DNA of 64,000 nt from an uncultured Actinomycetes bacterium (GTDB lineage Bacteria; Actinomycetota; Thermoleophilia; Gaiellales; Gaiellaceae), in assembly GCA_963819535.1 (NCBI GenBank), contig CAWFWL010000003.1, positions 116,636 through 180,635 of the forward strand, given 5' to 3'. The notes under the pieces are model-generated. The model worked only from the letters and a program-made list of their open reading frames with translations. It did not search any database and was not told the DNA's origin. The position numbers were made by a program, and so were the translations under genes. Shown piece after piece: positions 51,765 to 62,284 of the stretch. The first letter of the stretch is position 1; the number at the start of each line of letters is the position of its first letter.

Positions 51765-52652
51765 TCAGCGCGTGAGCAGTTGCTCGAACTGCGCCAGCTC
51801 CTCGGCCGAGATCCCGTACGTGTGCTTCTCCTCCGGGAAGGCGCCCGTGCGCACGTCCGACGCGTACTGCGCGACCGCGTCGCCGATCTCGTCGGCGATC
51901 TCCGCATACCGCTTGACGAAGCGCGGTGTGCGGCCGGCGTACATGCCGAGCATGTCGTGCCAGACGAGCACCTGGCCGTCGGTGCCGGCGCCCGCGCCGA
52001 TGCCGATCGTCGGCACGCGCAGCGTCTCCGACACACGCGACGCGACAGCGGCGGGCACGGCCTCGAGCACGATCATGAACGCGCCGGCCTCCTGCAGTGC
52101 GAGCGCGTCGTCGTAGAGCTGCTTGGCGGCGTCGGCGGTGCGCCCCTGGGCCTTGAACCCGCCGAGCTTGGTCGCCGACTGCGGCGTCAGCCCGACGTGG
52201 CCGATGATCCCGATGTTCGAGTCGGCGATCGCGCGGACGCGCGAGACCATCCGGCCGGCGCCCTCGAGCTTGACGACGTCGGCGCCGCCCTCCTTGATCA
52301 TCCGGATCGCGCTCGCGACGGCCTGCTCGTCGGACACCTCGTAGGTGCCGAACGGCAGGTCGCCGACGACGAGCGGATGGGTCGCTGCGCGCGTGACGGC
52401 GCGTGTGAGGAAGATCATCTCGTCGAGCGTTACCGGCAATGTCGACGAATGCCCGAGCATGACCATCGCCGCGGTGTCGCCGACGAGGATCAGCTCGACG
52501 CCCGCCTCGTCTGCGATGCGCGCGCCGGGAGCGTCGTACGCCGTGATCATCACGATCTTGTCGCCGCGCTGTTTCATCTGCGCGAGCTCCGGCAGCGGCA
52601 GCTTGCCCGGCGCCGGGGTCGAAGCCGCGGGAGTGCGAGGACGGGTGCTCAT
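51765..52652 (-). CDS. panB: 3-methyl-2-oxobutanoate hydroxymethyltransferase
   Basis: 'ITAYDAPGARIADEAGVELILVGDT' and 'VKLEGG'-type blocks. It lies next to panC. Confidence 0.93.
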   Translation of the reverse strand: MSTRPRTPAASTPAPGKLPLPELAQMKQRGDKIVMITAYDAPGARIADEAGVELILVGDTAAMVMLGHSSTLPVTLDEMIFLTRAVTRAATHPLVVGDLPFGTYEVSDEQAVASAIRMIKEGGADVVKLEGAGRMVSRVRAIADSNIGIIGHVGLTPQSATKLGGFKAQGRTADAAKQLYDDALALQEAGAFMIVLEAVPAAVASRVSETLRVPTIGIGAGAGTDGQVLVWHDMLGMYAGRTPRFVKRYAEIADEIGDAVAQYASDVRTGAFPEEKHTYGISAEELAQFEQLLTR

Positions 52653-53410
52653 GACGCTCCTTTCAGGAGGACGTTGTCGATCAAGCGGGTCGGGCCGACG
52701 CGCGTGGCGACGGCGAGAGTCGGTCCGTCGAGATCAGCGACCTCGACGTAGTCGGGCTGCAACCCGGCGGCCGCGAGCACGTCGCGCGCGTGGGCGGGGT
52801 CGCCGGTCGCGAGCGCGCGTGGGATCGCGAGCGCCTGCTCGCGCTCGTCGGCGGTGAGCCGTGCGTTGCGGGACGAGAGCGCCAGTCCGTCGTTGTCGCG
52901 CACGGTCTCGACGACGCGGATCGCGACATCGAGGTTCAGGTCGCGCACGAGCTGCTTCAGCACTGCGACCTGCTGCGCGTCCTTCCGCCCGAACCACGCC
53001 GTCTGCGGGCGGACGATGTTGAACAGCTTCAGGCACACCGTGGCCACGCCGCGGAAGTGGCCGGGGCGGTGCGCCTCCTCGAGGCCCAGCGCGACGCCTT
53101 CCGGCACGACCCAGGTGGCAAAGCCCGGCGGGTACATCTCGTCGGGCGGCGGCGCGAAGAGCACGTCGACGCCACCGGCCTCGACCCGCTCGGCGTCCGC
53201 GTCGAAATCGCGCGGATACGCGCTCAGGTCGGCGTCGTCGCTGAACTGGGCGGGGTTGACGAACAGGCTCGCGACGAGCACGTCGCTGACCGGCCGCGCG
53301 GCTGCGAAGAGCGCGGCGTGGCCGTCGTGGAGCGCGCCCATCGTGGGCACGAGGCCGACCGCGCCGTGCCGCGGCAGGTCGAGATCGCCGATGCGCCGCA
53401 CGACGATCAC
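52649..53410 (-). CDS. panC: pantoate--beta-alanine ligase
   Basis: 'GLVPTMGALHDGH', 'VASLFVNPAQF' and 'FGRKDAQQ'. GTG 53410 overlaps the upstream stop. The longer track ORF (to 54370) is an antisense run-through. Confidence 0.9.
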   Translation of the reverse strand: MIVVRRIGDLDLPRHGAVGLVPTMGALHDGHAALFAAARPVSDVLVASLFVNPAQFSDDADLSAYPRDFDADAERVEAGGVDVLFAPPPDEMYPPGFATWVVPEGVALGLEEAHRPGHFRGVATVCLKLFNIVRPQTAWFGRKDAQQVAVLKQLVRDLNLDVAIRVVETVRDNDGLALSSRNARLTADEREQALAIPRALATGDPAHARDVLAAAGLQPDYVEVADLDGPTLAVATRVGPTRLIDNVLLKGAS

Positions 53411-54057
53411 GGCCGCGTCGCCTCCGCGAGGGTGCGGTAGAGAGGCTCGAGGCGACTGCCGTCGAGGGCCGCGAGGTGGCTGTCGACGGTTTCCCAGTCG
53501 CCTCGCGCGATCGGGCCGGTCAGCTCGAAGCCGTTCTCGATCGTCCGCTCCATCAGCGGCACGAGGGCGGCAGGTGGCGCGCCTGCCTGCTCGAGCAGCT
53601 CCGCTGCGGCGCGGTAGAGCGTGACGAGGAAGTTCGACGCGATCGCCGCCCCGGCGTGGTAGAGCGCCCGGCGGTCGTCGGCGAGCACGAACGGCTGCAG
53701 GCCGAGCGTCGTCGCGAGCCAGAGTGCGCGCTCGTTCGCCTCCCCGGTCTCGGCGGTGACGGCGCCCCAGGCTCCGTCGAGCTGCTCGGGGCCGCGCGTG
53801 GTCGTCAACGTCTGGAGCGGATGCACCGAGAAGCGTCGCGTGTGCGGTGCGAGCGCGGCGAGCGGCGTCGCGCCCGAGACGTGCGCCACCCAGGGGCCGG
53901 GCTCGATCGCGGCTGCGACCTCGGCGATCGCCCGGTCGGGGACGCAGAGCAGGCGCAGCTCGCCGTTCTCGCGCACGGCGACGCCCCGCTCGCGCAGGCG
54001 GGCGGCGATCGTGGAGCCGGCACGGCCGGCGCCGATCACGGTCACGTCGTCGAACAT
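53407..54057 (-). CDS. Rossmann-fold plus DUF2520 protein (pan-operon associated oxidoreductase-like)
   Basis: 'VTVIGAGRAGSTIA' dinucleotide fold and a C-terminal 'ALYHAGAAIASNFLVTL...TGPIARGD' DUF2520 pattern. It is the first gene of the panCB run. Confidence 0.7.
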   Translation of the reverse strand: MFDDVTVIGAGRAGSTIAARLRERGVAVRENGELRLLCVPDRAIAEVAAAIEPGPWVAHVSGATPLAALAPHTRRFSVHPLQTLTTTRGPEQLDGAWGAVTAETGEANERALWLATTLGLQPFVLADDRRALYHAGAAIASNFLVTLYRAAAELLEQAGAPPAALVPLMERTIENGFELTGPIARGDWETVDSHLAALDGSRLEPLYRTLAEATRP

Positions 54058-54156
54058 TCGCGTGCTCCAGTTCCGTTCGGATACCGGGCAGAGCGAAGCG
54101 TATCCGATCGCCGTCCGGCGCAGGCGCGAAGATGGCCGCTTGGTAGGGTTGCCTCG

Positions 54157-54363
54157 ATGCCGATCTACGAATACGTCTGCATGAGCTGTGAGTCCCATTT
54201 CGAGGAGCTGGTCGGGATGTCTGATCCCGACCCGGCGTGCCCCGATTGCGGCAAGGCGAAGGTCGCCAAGCAGTTCTCGTCGGCGTTCGCAGCACACGGC
54301 GCGAGCTCGCAACCCTCGTTCGGCGGCGGGTGTTGCGGCGGCTCCTGTGGCAGCTGCGGCTGA
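54157..54363 (+). CDS. FmdB-family zinc-ribbon protein
   Basis: 'MPIYEYVCMSCESHFE...CPDCG' (CxxC...CxxC) and a Gly/Cys-rich tail. Confidence 0.8.
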   Translation: MPIYEYVCMSCESHFEELVGMSDPDPACPDCGKAKVAKQFSSAFAAHGASSQPSFGGGCCGGSCGSCG

Positions 54364-54430
54364 CGCGCACTGGCCGGCGCCGGCAGAGCCGGCGCCTGAC
54401 GCCGCCGGGGGCTCGTCGCTCTCCGGGGCC

Positions 54431-55132
54431 GTGCAGAGCACTGTCCCCTCCGGCGCCGAGCCCCCGGCGACGCCCCAGAGCACGTCAGCTGATCTCTCGC
54501 TGATCGCGTACGGCGACCAGGTCGCCGGCTGCGAGCGCTGCGCGCTCGCGCAGACCCGCACCCAGGTCGTGTTCGGCTCCGGCTCGCCGACGGCCGAGCT
54601 GATGTTCGTCGGCGAGGCTCCCGGCTTCCACGAGGACAAGCAGGGCGTGCCGTTCGTCGGCGCGGCCGGGAAGCTGCTCGGCCAGCTGCTCGCCGGTATC
54701 GGGTTGACTCGCGAGGACGTCTACGTGTGTAACATCATCAAGTGCCGCCCTCCCGGAAACCGTGACCCGCAGCCCGAGGAGATCCAGGCCTGCGAGTCAC
54801 ACCTTTTCCGGCAGATCGAACTGATTCAGCCGACGCTTGTCGCCACACTCGGCAACTTCGCGACGAAGCTCCTTTCCGGGAAGCCGGCCGGGATCACGCA
54901 GGTGCACGGTCGCGAGCAGCGCGTGGTGCTCGGCGGCAATCAGGTGACGCTCTATCCGATCTTCCATCCCGCGGCCGCGCTGTACACGCCGCGGATGCTG
55001 CAGGTGCTCGAACAGGACTTCGCGCGGATCCCGGAGCTGCTCGGTCGCCGCCTCGAGGCACTGCCCGAGCCCGACCCGCCGCCGGTGTCGTCGCCGCAGG
55101 TCGAGCAGCCGGTCCAGCTCGGCCTCTTCTAG
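54431..55132 (+). CDS. uracil-DNA glycosylase, family 4
   Basis: 'CERCALAQTRTQVVFG', 'FVGEAPGFHEDKQGVPFVGAAGKLL' and 'HPAA'. The start is uncertain; GTG 54431 is the first start codon after the upstream gene. Confidence 0.8.
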   Translation: MQSTVPSGAEPPATPQSTSADLSLIAYGDQVAGCERCALAQTRTQVVFGSGSPTAELMFVGEAPGFHEDKQGVPFVGAAGKLLGQLLAGIGLTREDVYVCNIIKCRPPGNRDPQPEEIQACESHLFRQIELIQPTLVATLGNFATKLLSGKPAGITQVHGREQRVVLGGNQVTLYPIFHPAAALYTPRMLQVLEQDFARIPELLGRRLEALPEPDPPPVSSPQVEQPVQLGLF

Positions 55133-55142
55133 CCTCCGCTGC

Positions 55143-55550
55143 ATGGAGGTCGTGACCGCCTCACCGGCGGAGACCGAGGCGCTTGCCGCGAAGCTCGCTT
55201 CGACGCTTCGCGTCGGCGACGTGGTCGCGGTCTCGGGCGAGCTCGGGGCGGGCAAGACGACCTTCGTCCGCGGCGCCGCGCGCGCGCTCGGCGTGACCGG
55301 CCCGGTCTCGAGCCCGACGTTCACGATCGGACACCGCTACGACGCCCCGGTTCCCGTCGCCCACCTCGACCTGTACCGCCTCTCCGGGCTCGATCCCGAG
55401 GAGTGGGGCGACCTCGAGCCGTACTTCGACGGCTCCGTGGCGTTCGTCGAGTGGCCCGAGCACGGCGCTGACTGGCTCCCGCGCGCGCGGGCGGTCGTTA
55501 CCCTCGAGTCACGTCGACGAGTCGCACCGGCGGATCCGGATCACGAGTGA
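55143..55550 (+). CDS. tsaE: tRNA t6A37 biosynthesis ATPase TsaE
   Basis: 'VSGELGAGKTTFVRG', 'SPTF' and 'HLDLYRL'. The last ~15 codons may already be affected by the downstream indel cluster. Confidence 0.85.
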   Translation: MEVVTASPAETEALAAKLASTLRVGDVVAVSGELGAGKTTFVRGAARALGVTGPVSSPTFTIGHRYDAPVPVAHLDLYRLSGLDPEEWGDLEPYFDGSVAFVEWPEHGADWLPRARAVVTLESRRRVAPADPDHE

Positions 55551-56104
55551 TGACGACTTGGCCTTTGACACCGCCACCTCCTACGGCGCCGTCTGCGGGA
55601 CGGAGTCCGGCCGCGCGCCACCGCGACGCGCGCAGGCGACCTGCTGGCGGCGGTCGACGAGCTGATCGACGATCCGGCAGAGATCGAGCGGATCGTCGTC
55701 GGACGCGGCCCGGGCAGCTTCACGAGCATCCGGATCGGCCTCGCGATGGCGCGCTCGCTCGCGCTCGCCCTCGGAGTCCCGGTCGCCGGCGTCTCGACGC
55801 TCGACGGCGTACGCGGGCGCGACGCCCGGTGCTCGACGCGCGCCGTGGCGAGGTGTTCACGCACCGGGCCGCGCGTCTGCGCACCCGAGGAGCTCGACGT
55901 GAGCGGGCTCGACGCTCGTCGGCGACGGCGCCGTTCGCTATCGCGAGCTGTTCGAAGGGCGGGGTGGCGGCGGTGCCGCCCGACGACGACCTGGTGCACC
56001 TTCCCGACCCGCGCTGCTCGCCGCGCACGCCGGACCGTTCGGCGCACGCGCAGGACGTGTGCCGCTGTACGTGCGCGAGCCGGACGCGAAGGCCGCCCGC
56101 ATGA
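55547..56104 (+). pseudogene. tsaB: tRNA t6A37 biosynthesis protein TsaB, at least 4 frameshifts as written
   Basis: Blocks lie in different frames: 'LAFDTATS', 'DLLAAVDELI...IVVGRGPGSFTSIRIGLAMARSLALALGVPVAGVSTLD', 'PVLDARRGEVF' and 'PLYVREPDA'. Confidence 0.8.
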
Positions 56105-56575
56105 CCGCCGTCGCGCTCGACATCCGTCCGCTCGAGCTGGTCGACCTGACCGCGATCGAGGTGATCGAGCAGCAGGCCTACCCGACGCCGTGGTCGCGGT
56201 CGATGTTCGCCTCCGAGCTCGCGAAGCCGACGTCGATCTGCCTCGGCGCGTTCGACGGCGCCGACCTCGTCGGCTACATCATCAACTCGCGCTACGTCGA
56301 CGCCTGGCACGTGATGAACGTCGCCGTCGACCCCAACCACCAGCGTCGCGGCGTCGCGACGAGCGCTGCTCGAGCGGCTGTTCGAGCTGACCGCCGACGA
56401 CGAGCGGCGCGGCTACACGCTCGAAGTGCGGGTCTCGAACGAGGCGGCGATCAGCTTGTACGAGGAGCTCGGCTTCGAGGCGCGCGGCGTCAGACGCGGC
56501 TACTACACGGACAACCGTGAGGACGCGCTGATCATGTGGCGAGACGCGAGGCCATTCCGGCTTGCGCCGGAATAG
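56101..56575 (+). pseudogene. rimI: ribosomal-protein-alanine N-acetyltransferase RimI, one frameshift near 56358 as written
   Basis: '...[18 protein letters not shown]' is in frame 1. '(A)[47 protein letters not shown]...' is in frame 2 and ends at TAG 56575. Confidence 0.85.
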
Positions 56576-57057
56576 CTAGTGATCCTCGCGCGAGGTCCTG
56601 AATCGCGCGCGCTCTCCCTTCGCCGACGCCCTGGACCGATGTCAGTTCGTCGGTTGACGCAAGCAACACGTCGACCAGCGTTCCGAAGTGCGCTAGGAGC
56701 CGCGAAGCTGTCTCTGTCGAGATTCCCGGCGCGGCCGAGAGGGCCACTTCGGCGGGACCTTGCTGCCGCCGGCGCGGGCGATGGGCAAATGGGTGGGCCT
56801 GCGTACAACGAGTTGCCTTCGACAAGAAGGTACGGCCATTCGCTCGTGCGCCGGAGTGCTGTCACCTGCCGCCAAAAGCGTCCGCTGAAGACTGACGCGT
56901 GCAAGTCGTGAACGGACTTTCGTTCGATCAGGCAGGAGTTCAAGACCGCGTAGTCACCGACGGGAAGCGCACGCTCGACGACGTCGACGCCAAGTGCTCG
57001 GAGTGCCGGGATGACACCGCTCCGACGCTCGAAGATGTCCGCCACCACATGCATCAA
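56532..57057 (-). pseudogene. ERCC4/XPF-type nuclease with a C-terminal (HhH)2, at least one frameshift as written
   Basis: The nuclease signature GDX(n)ERKX3D appears as 'VGDYAVLNSCLIERKSVHDL' in track ORF 56503..57057. The HhH part 'GISTETASRLLAHFGTLVDVLLASTDELTSVQGVGEGRARAI' is in track ORF 56532..56825. The gene is antisense between rimI and tsaD and visibly lower in GC. Confidence 0.7.
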
Positions 57058-57122
57058 CGTCAGGCTGCCGTGCGGCGTGTGGCAATACTGAGCCGCAAAT
57101 GCAACAACTCGCCCTCAACTAA

Positions 57123-57143
57123 CCATTTCGCAAAGCGAAATGG
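57123..57143 (+). promoter_or_regulatory. perfect 9-bp hairpin sequestering the tsaD start codon
   Basis: CCATTTCGC-AAA-GCGAAATGG, in which ATG 57140 lies in the 3' arm. It sits in the divergent ERCC4/tsaD intergenic region. Confidence 0.4.
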
Positions 57144-58139
57144 CCAGGCTCCTTCTAGGAATCGAGACGTCTTGCGACGAGACTGCTGCGGCGCTCGTCG
57201 ACGATGACGGTGAGATCAGGTCGAGCATCGTCGCCTCGCAGGACGAGCTGCACGCGCGGTTCGGTGGAGTCGTGCCCGAGGTTGCGTCGCGGCGGCATCT
57301 CGAGCTGATCGTCCCGGTGATCCGCGAGGCGCTCGACGGCGTACGACGACATCGACGCGGTCGCGGTCACCGTCGAGCCGGGCCTGATCGGCGCGCTGCT
57401 CGTCGGCGTCTCCGCCGCGAAGGCACTCGCCTGGTCGCGTCGGCTGCCGCTGATCGCCGTCAACCACCTGCACGGCCACGTCGCGTCGCTCTATCTGCGG
57501 CCGCTCGACCTCGAGCCGCCGTTCACCTGCCTGCTCGCGAGCGGCGGTCACACGATGCTGCTCGACGTCCAGGACCGCGGCGGCTTCCGCGTGCTCGGAA
57601 CGACGCTCGACGACGCTGCGGGCGAGGCGTTCGACAAGGGCGCGCGCCTGCTCGGTCTCGGTTACCCGGGCGGCAAGGAGATCGACGCGCTCGCGCGCAG
57701 CGGCGACCCGGAGGCGTTCGCCTTCCCGGTCGCGCGCGTGCCTGGTCTCGACTTCTCGTTCTCCGGGCTCAAGACCGCGCTGCTCTACACCGTCCGGAAG
57801 CTGGCGCCGGCGGAGCTGGACGCGCGACGCGCCGATCTCGCCGCGAGCTACCAGCGGGCGATCGTGCGGGCGCTCGTCGAGCGGATCGTGCGCGCATCCG
57901 GCGCCGAGCGGATCGCCGTGGTCGGCGGCGTCGCGGCGAACTCCGAGCTGCGAGCGGCCCTCCCGGACGCGGCGCTGGCGCCGCTCGAGCTCTGCACCGA
58001 CAACGCCGCGATGATCGCCTCGGCCGCCCGCTACATCGAGCCCGTCCCGTACCCCGAGTACCTTTCGCTCGATGCGCGTGCCCGCAGCGTAGCGCCTTCG
58101 CGCTGGTCATCGTCGTGGTGGCAACCGCCGCAGCGCTGA
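57140..58139 (+). pseudogene. tsaD: tRNA N6-adenosine threonylcarbamoyltransferase TsaD, frameshift near 57338 as written
   Basis: '[17 protein letters not shown]...' is in frame 2. '...[21 protein letters not shown]...NHLHGH...SGGHTMLL...GYPGG...CTDNAAMIA' is in frame 3 (track ORF 57555). The 3' end is uncertain. Confidence 0.9.
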
Positions 58140-60627
58140 TCGCGACGATCTCGGCTCGCGGGCGCGAGCCGGCGACGGCCGTCTCGTCGGCGAGCTGGCG
58201 TGGGCTCGTCGGCGGCCCGCGGGCGCCGGTGCCGAACGGCCAGCGATCGATCGTCGTGCTACGGACGCCCTCGGTCGCGACAGCGCCTCGCCACGCGTGC
58301 GGTTACGCGACCGAGGCGCAGGAACGCTCGTGGTCGTCGCAGGCCTCGGCCGCGCAGCAGGAAGTCGCTGACGACGCTCGCGATCCACGGCATTCTCGTG
58401 CGGCCGGACTTCACCTACACGCGCGTGCTCGACGGCTTCTCTGCCGCGCTCGATCCCCGGGCGGTCGCGCTGCTCGACCAGACGCCCGAGGTGGTCGGCG
58501 TCTATCCGGTCCGCCCGGCGTTTCCGGCGTCGCTCTCCGAGCGGCTGTTGTCGACGACCGACTTCGGCCCGGCGAGCGGCCACCGGCCCGACGCCGGCCT
58601 GCCCGGGTACGACGGCCGGGGCGTCACGATCGGCGCTGCTCGACACCGGGGTCGACCTCGCGCATCCCTACCTGCGGGGCAAGGTGCTGCCCGGCTTCGA
58701 CATCGTCAACGGCAACCTCGACGCTGGCGCGCGCGCCAACCCGCAGGATCCGACACAGCTCGAGCGGCACGGCACCGAGATGGCCGGGATCATCGCCGGC
58801 GCCGGCGGCCCCGACGGCCTGCACGGCGTCGCGCCCGGAGCGACCGTCCTGCCGATCCGCGTCGCGGGCTGGCAGCCCGCTGCCGACGGCCGCGAGCTCG
58901 TGTACGCACGGAGCGACCAGCTGCTCGCCGGCCTCGAACGAGCCGTCGACCCGAACGGCGACGGCGATGCGCACGACGCCGTCCGGGTCGCGCGTCATCG
59001 GAGTCGTCGAGCCGTATGCGGCGTTCACCGACGGGCCCGAGGCGCAGAGCGGCCCAGGGTGCGCTCGACCTCGGACACGCTGCTCGTCGCGCCGGCCGGG
59101 AACGACGGCGGCGCCGGCCCGTCGTTCGGCTCGGTGGCCGGGCCTGCGGGCGGAGCCGCCGCGCTCGCGGTCGGCGCGATCGACTCTCGTAAGGCCGAGC
59201 CGCTCGTGCGTGTCGTCCTGCGCAAGGGACTCGACGTCATCTTCGACCGGCGTCTGCCGCTCGTCGGCGCGGCCGAGCCGCCCCATGCGCTGACGTTGCA
59301 TCCCGCGGGCAACCCTGGCACCTCGGGCGTCGACTTCTTCGACGCAAGGGGCTTCAGCCTCGTTGCCGGCCGCGCCGTGCTTGCGCCGGTCGGCGCCGCG
59401 CCCGCCGAGACCGTCGACGCGGCCGCTCGCGCGGGTGCTGCAGCCGTCGTCCTTTACGGCGACGGGCTTCCGCCCGGCGGCCTTCAGGTGGCCGAGCGCG
59501 AGACCGCGCCGGTGGTCGTCGTGCCTGCCACGGCTGCGCTCGAGCTGCTCGCTGCGCAACGCGCCGGACTCGACGTGGGCGTCTCGATCGGCGCCGCGAG
59601 CGCCGACCCGAACGTCGGGCGAGGTCGCGTCGCGAGCTTCTCGTCGCAGGGTCTCGCCTTCGACGGCAGCATGAAGCCCGACCTCGTTGCCCCCGGCATC
59701 GCGCTTGCGACCGCCGAGCCGGGTACCGCGCCCGACGGCTCGGCGCTCTACGGCACCATCAACGGCACGAGTGGCGCCGCGGCGACGGTCGCCGGCGCCG
59801 CCGCGCAACTCGCCGAGCTGCGTCCGTCGCTCGACGCGCACGGCGCTGCGAAGCCTTCTCTCCGGCTACGCGCAACAGGGGCGCGCCTCGGCGTTCGCGG
59901 TCGGCGGCGGCACCTTGCGGCTCGGTGCGTCGGCGGTCGGCGAGGTGGCGGCCGAGCCGGCGACACTCGGATTCGGGATCTGGAAGGGCACGCACTGGCA
60001 CGCGACGCGATTCGTCACGCTGCGCAACGTCTCGACCCGACGGCTGCAGCTCTCCGTCAGCGTGATCGCGCGCGGCGATTCCGAGGCGCTGCACTTCAAC
60101 GTCGCTGCCGAGCCACTTCGTCCTGGGAGCGGGGCGGGCGCGGCGCGTCAAGGTTTCGGTACGCGCTCCCGTCGCGCCCGGCGCGGCCGTCGTCACCGGC
60201 TCGATCCGTGTCGGGGCCGCCGGCAGTCAGCCGCTGCATGTGCCGTGGGCGCTCCAGTTCGCGCACGAGACCCCGAACCTCCTTGCCCACGTCTCGCTGG
60301 ACAGCACCTCGTTCGCGCCGTCGGATACGTCGCCGGCGCTCCTGACCGTGCAGGCCGGTGCGCTGACGCGCGACCAGGGCGTCCAGATCGATGCGGTCTC
60401 GCGGCTCGACGTGCTGCTCTACACGCTCGTCCGGCCGGTTCGTCGGGGTGCTCGCCCGGCTCAGCGAACCTGCTTCCCGGCTCGTACAGCTTCGGGATCA
60501 CCGGTCGCGGCCCGACGAGCCGTCCGGCTCCCGGCCGGAGCGCTACGAGCTGCGTCTTGCGGCGTGGCCGACCCTGCCGAGGGACGCGCAGCCGAGCCGG
60601 GCGCAGGTCCGGTTCACGATCGAGTAG
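58072..60627 (+). pseudogene. large secreted S8 (subtilisin-family) peptidase with I9-like propeptide, PA-like insert and C-terminal beta domains, at least 7 frameshifts as written
   Basis: The catalytic blocks are 'LLDTGVD' (Asp), '[11 protein letters not shown]' (His), 'APAGNDG' and 'GTSGAAATVAGAAA' (Ser). A signal/TM '[19 protein letters not shown]' is also present. The pieces are spread over track ORFs 57140, 58200, 58684, 59687, 60240 and 60391. The start is approximate. Confidence 0.8.
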
Positions 60628-60637
60628 ATTCGCCCCG

Positions 60638-61913
60638 ATGGCGGCTCGCCTCGAGACGCACCTCCGCGAGAACCCGTTCGCGCTCGCGCAGCAGCAGCTC
60701 GACAAGGTCGCCGACACGTTCGGGATCGACCAGCGTCTCGTCAACGTCCTGCAGGAGTGCAAGAAGGCGGTCGAGGTGTCGATCCCGACGTCGCTCGACG
60801 ACGGCGACGTCCGGTCGTTCACCGGGTATCGCGTCACGCACAACATCGCGCGCGGCCCGTCGAAGGGCGGCATCCGCTACCACCCGGATGTCACGCTCGA
60901 CGAGGTCAAGTCGCTCGCGATGTGGATGACCTGGAAGTGCGCGCTGATGGGGCTGCCGTTCGGCGGCGCCAAGGGCGGCGTCGTGTGCGACCCGAAGACG
61001 ATGTCGCGTCCCGAGCTCGAGCGGATGACGCGCCGCTTCACCTCGGAGATCATCAACGAGATCGGTCCCGAGAAGGACATCCCGGCGCCCGACGTCGGGA
61101 CGAACGCCGCGACGATGGCGTGGATCTTCGACACCTACTCGATGAACAAGGGCCACTCGGTGCTGGGCGTCGTCACCGGGCAAGCCGCTGACGATCGGCG
61201 GCTCGCTCGGCCGCGAGGAAGCGACCGCACGCGGCAGCGCTGTTCTGCCTCGTCTCGGCGCTCGCGAAGCCAGGGCCAAGACGCTCGACGGGCACGCGCG
61301 TCGCGGTGCAGGGCTTCGGCAACGTCGGCTCGTTCTTCGCGAAGTTCGCGGCGGAGGAGGGCGCGACCGTCGTCGCGATCTCCGACTCGAGCGGCGGTGT
61401 CTACAGCGCGAGCGGCCTCGACATCGCGGCAGCGTTCGCGCACAAGCGTGAAGGCGGGTCGCTTTCGGAGCTGGAGCGGCGGCGACGCGATCACGAACGA
61501 GGAGCTACTGCTGGTCGACTGCGACGTGCTCGCGCCGTGCGCGCTCGAGCAGGTGATCACCGCCGACAACGCCGACAGGGTGAGAGCGAAGCTGATCGTC
61601 GAGGGTGCGAACGGGCCGATCACGCCGGCCGCCGACGACGATCCTCGAGGCGGACGGCGCGCTCGTGCTTCCCGACGTGCTCGCGAATGCGGGTGGCGTC
61701 GTCGTCTCGTACTTCGAGTGGGTCCAGGGGCTGCAGGAGTACTTCTGGAAGGAGGACGAGGTGAATGCCCGCCTGAACGAGATCGTCACGCGTGCCTTCG
61801 ACGAGACGTGGGCGACGATGCAGGAGCGCAAGATCTCGATGCGTCTCGCGTCCTACGGGCTGGCCGTGCAGCGCGTCGCCGAGGCGACGATCACCCGCGG
61901 CCTCTATCCCTAG
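60638..61913 (+). pseudogene. gdhA: NAD(P)-glutamate dehydrogenase, at least 5 frameshifts as written
   Basis: 'GGIRYHPDVTLDEVKSLAMWMTWKCAL..PFGGAKGG', 'KPLTIGGSLGREEATARG', 'VAVQGFGNVGSF', 'IVEGANGPITP' and 'PDVLANAGGVVVSYFEWVQ'. The pieces are spread over track ORFs 59687, 61306 and 61605. Confidence 0.9.
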
Positions 61914-61914
61914 C

Positions 61915-62159
61915 GCGCGCGTCCGCCTCTACGGCGCGCAGGGGTGCTCGCTGTGCGACCGCGCCCGCGCCCAGTTGGAGCGGCTCAGCCGGAGCTCGGA
62001 TTCGAGCTCGAGGACGTCGACATCACCGGCGTCGAGGCGCTCGAGGCGGTCTACCGCGAGTGGCTGCCGGTGGTCGAGATCGACGGCGAGCGGGCCTTCG
62101 TCTACTTCCTGGACGAGGCCGCGTTCCGACGGAAGGTGTCACAAAGTCGGAGCTTGTGA
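61915..62159 (+). pseudogene. glutaredoxin-like (DUF836-type) small thiol-disulfide protein, one frameshift and no clear start as written
   Basis: 'VRLYGAQGCSLCDRARAQLERLS' (CxxC) is in frame 1. 'ELGFELEDVDITG...WLPVVEIDGE' is in frame 3 (track ORF 61944). Confidence 0.55.
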
Positions 62160-62284
62160 CAACCGTCCGGTAGGTCCAGAGCCTTCGGGCACAATGCTCG
62201 TGATGTTGCAAACCTCGGTCCCGAACGAGCACGCCCGACCGTCTCACGGTCGGCGTCGCGGCGCGGCTCTCGCGCTATCTCCAG

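Noticed and set aside
52649-54639. 573-aa and 410-aa minus-strand ORFs covering the pan region.
   Set aside because: Only the 3' parts carry PanC and DUF2520 motifs. The 5' extensions are Arg-rich and antisense to the FmdB and UDG genes.
62137-62159. GTCACAA-N9-TTGTGAC as a canonical Rex operator.
   Set aside because: The half-sites are in everted order and the spacing differs from the TTGTGAA-N4/6-TTCACAA consensus. The site also overlaps a stop codon like a 3' hairpin. I kept it only as a low-confidence note.
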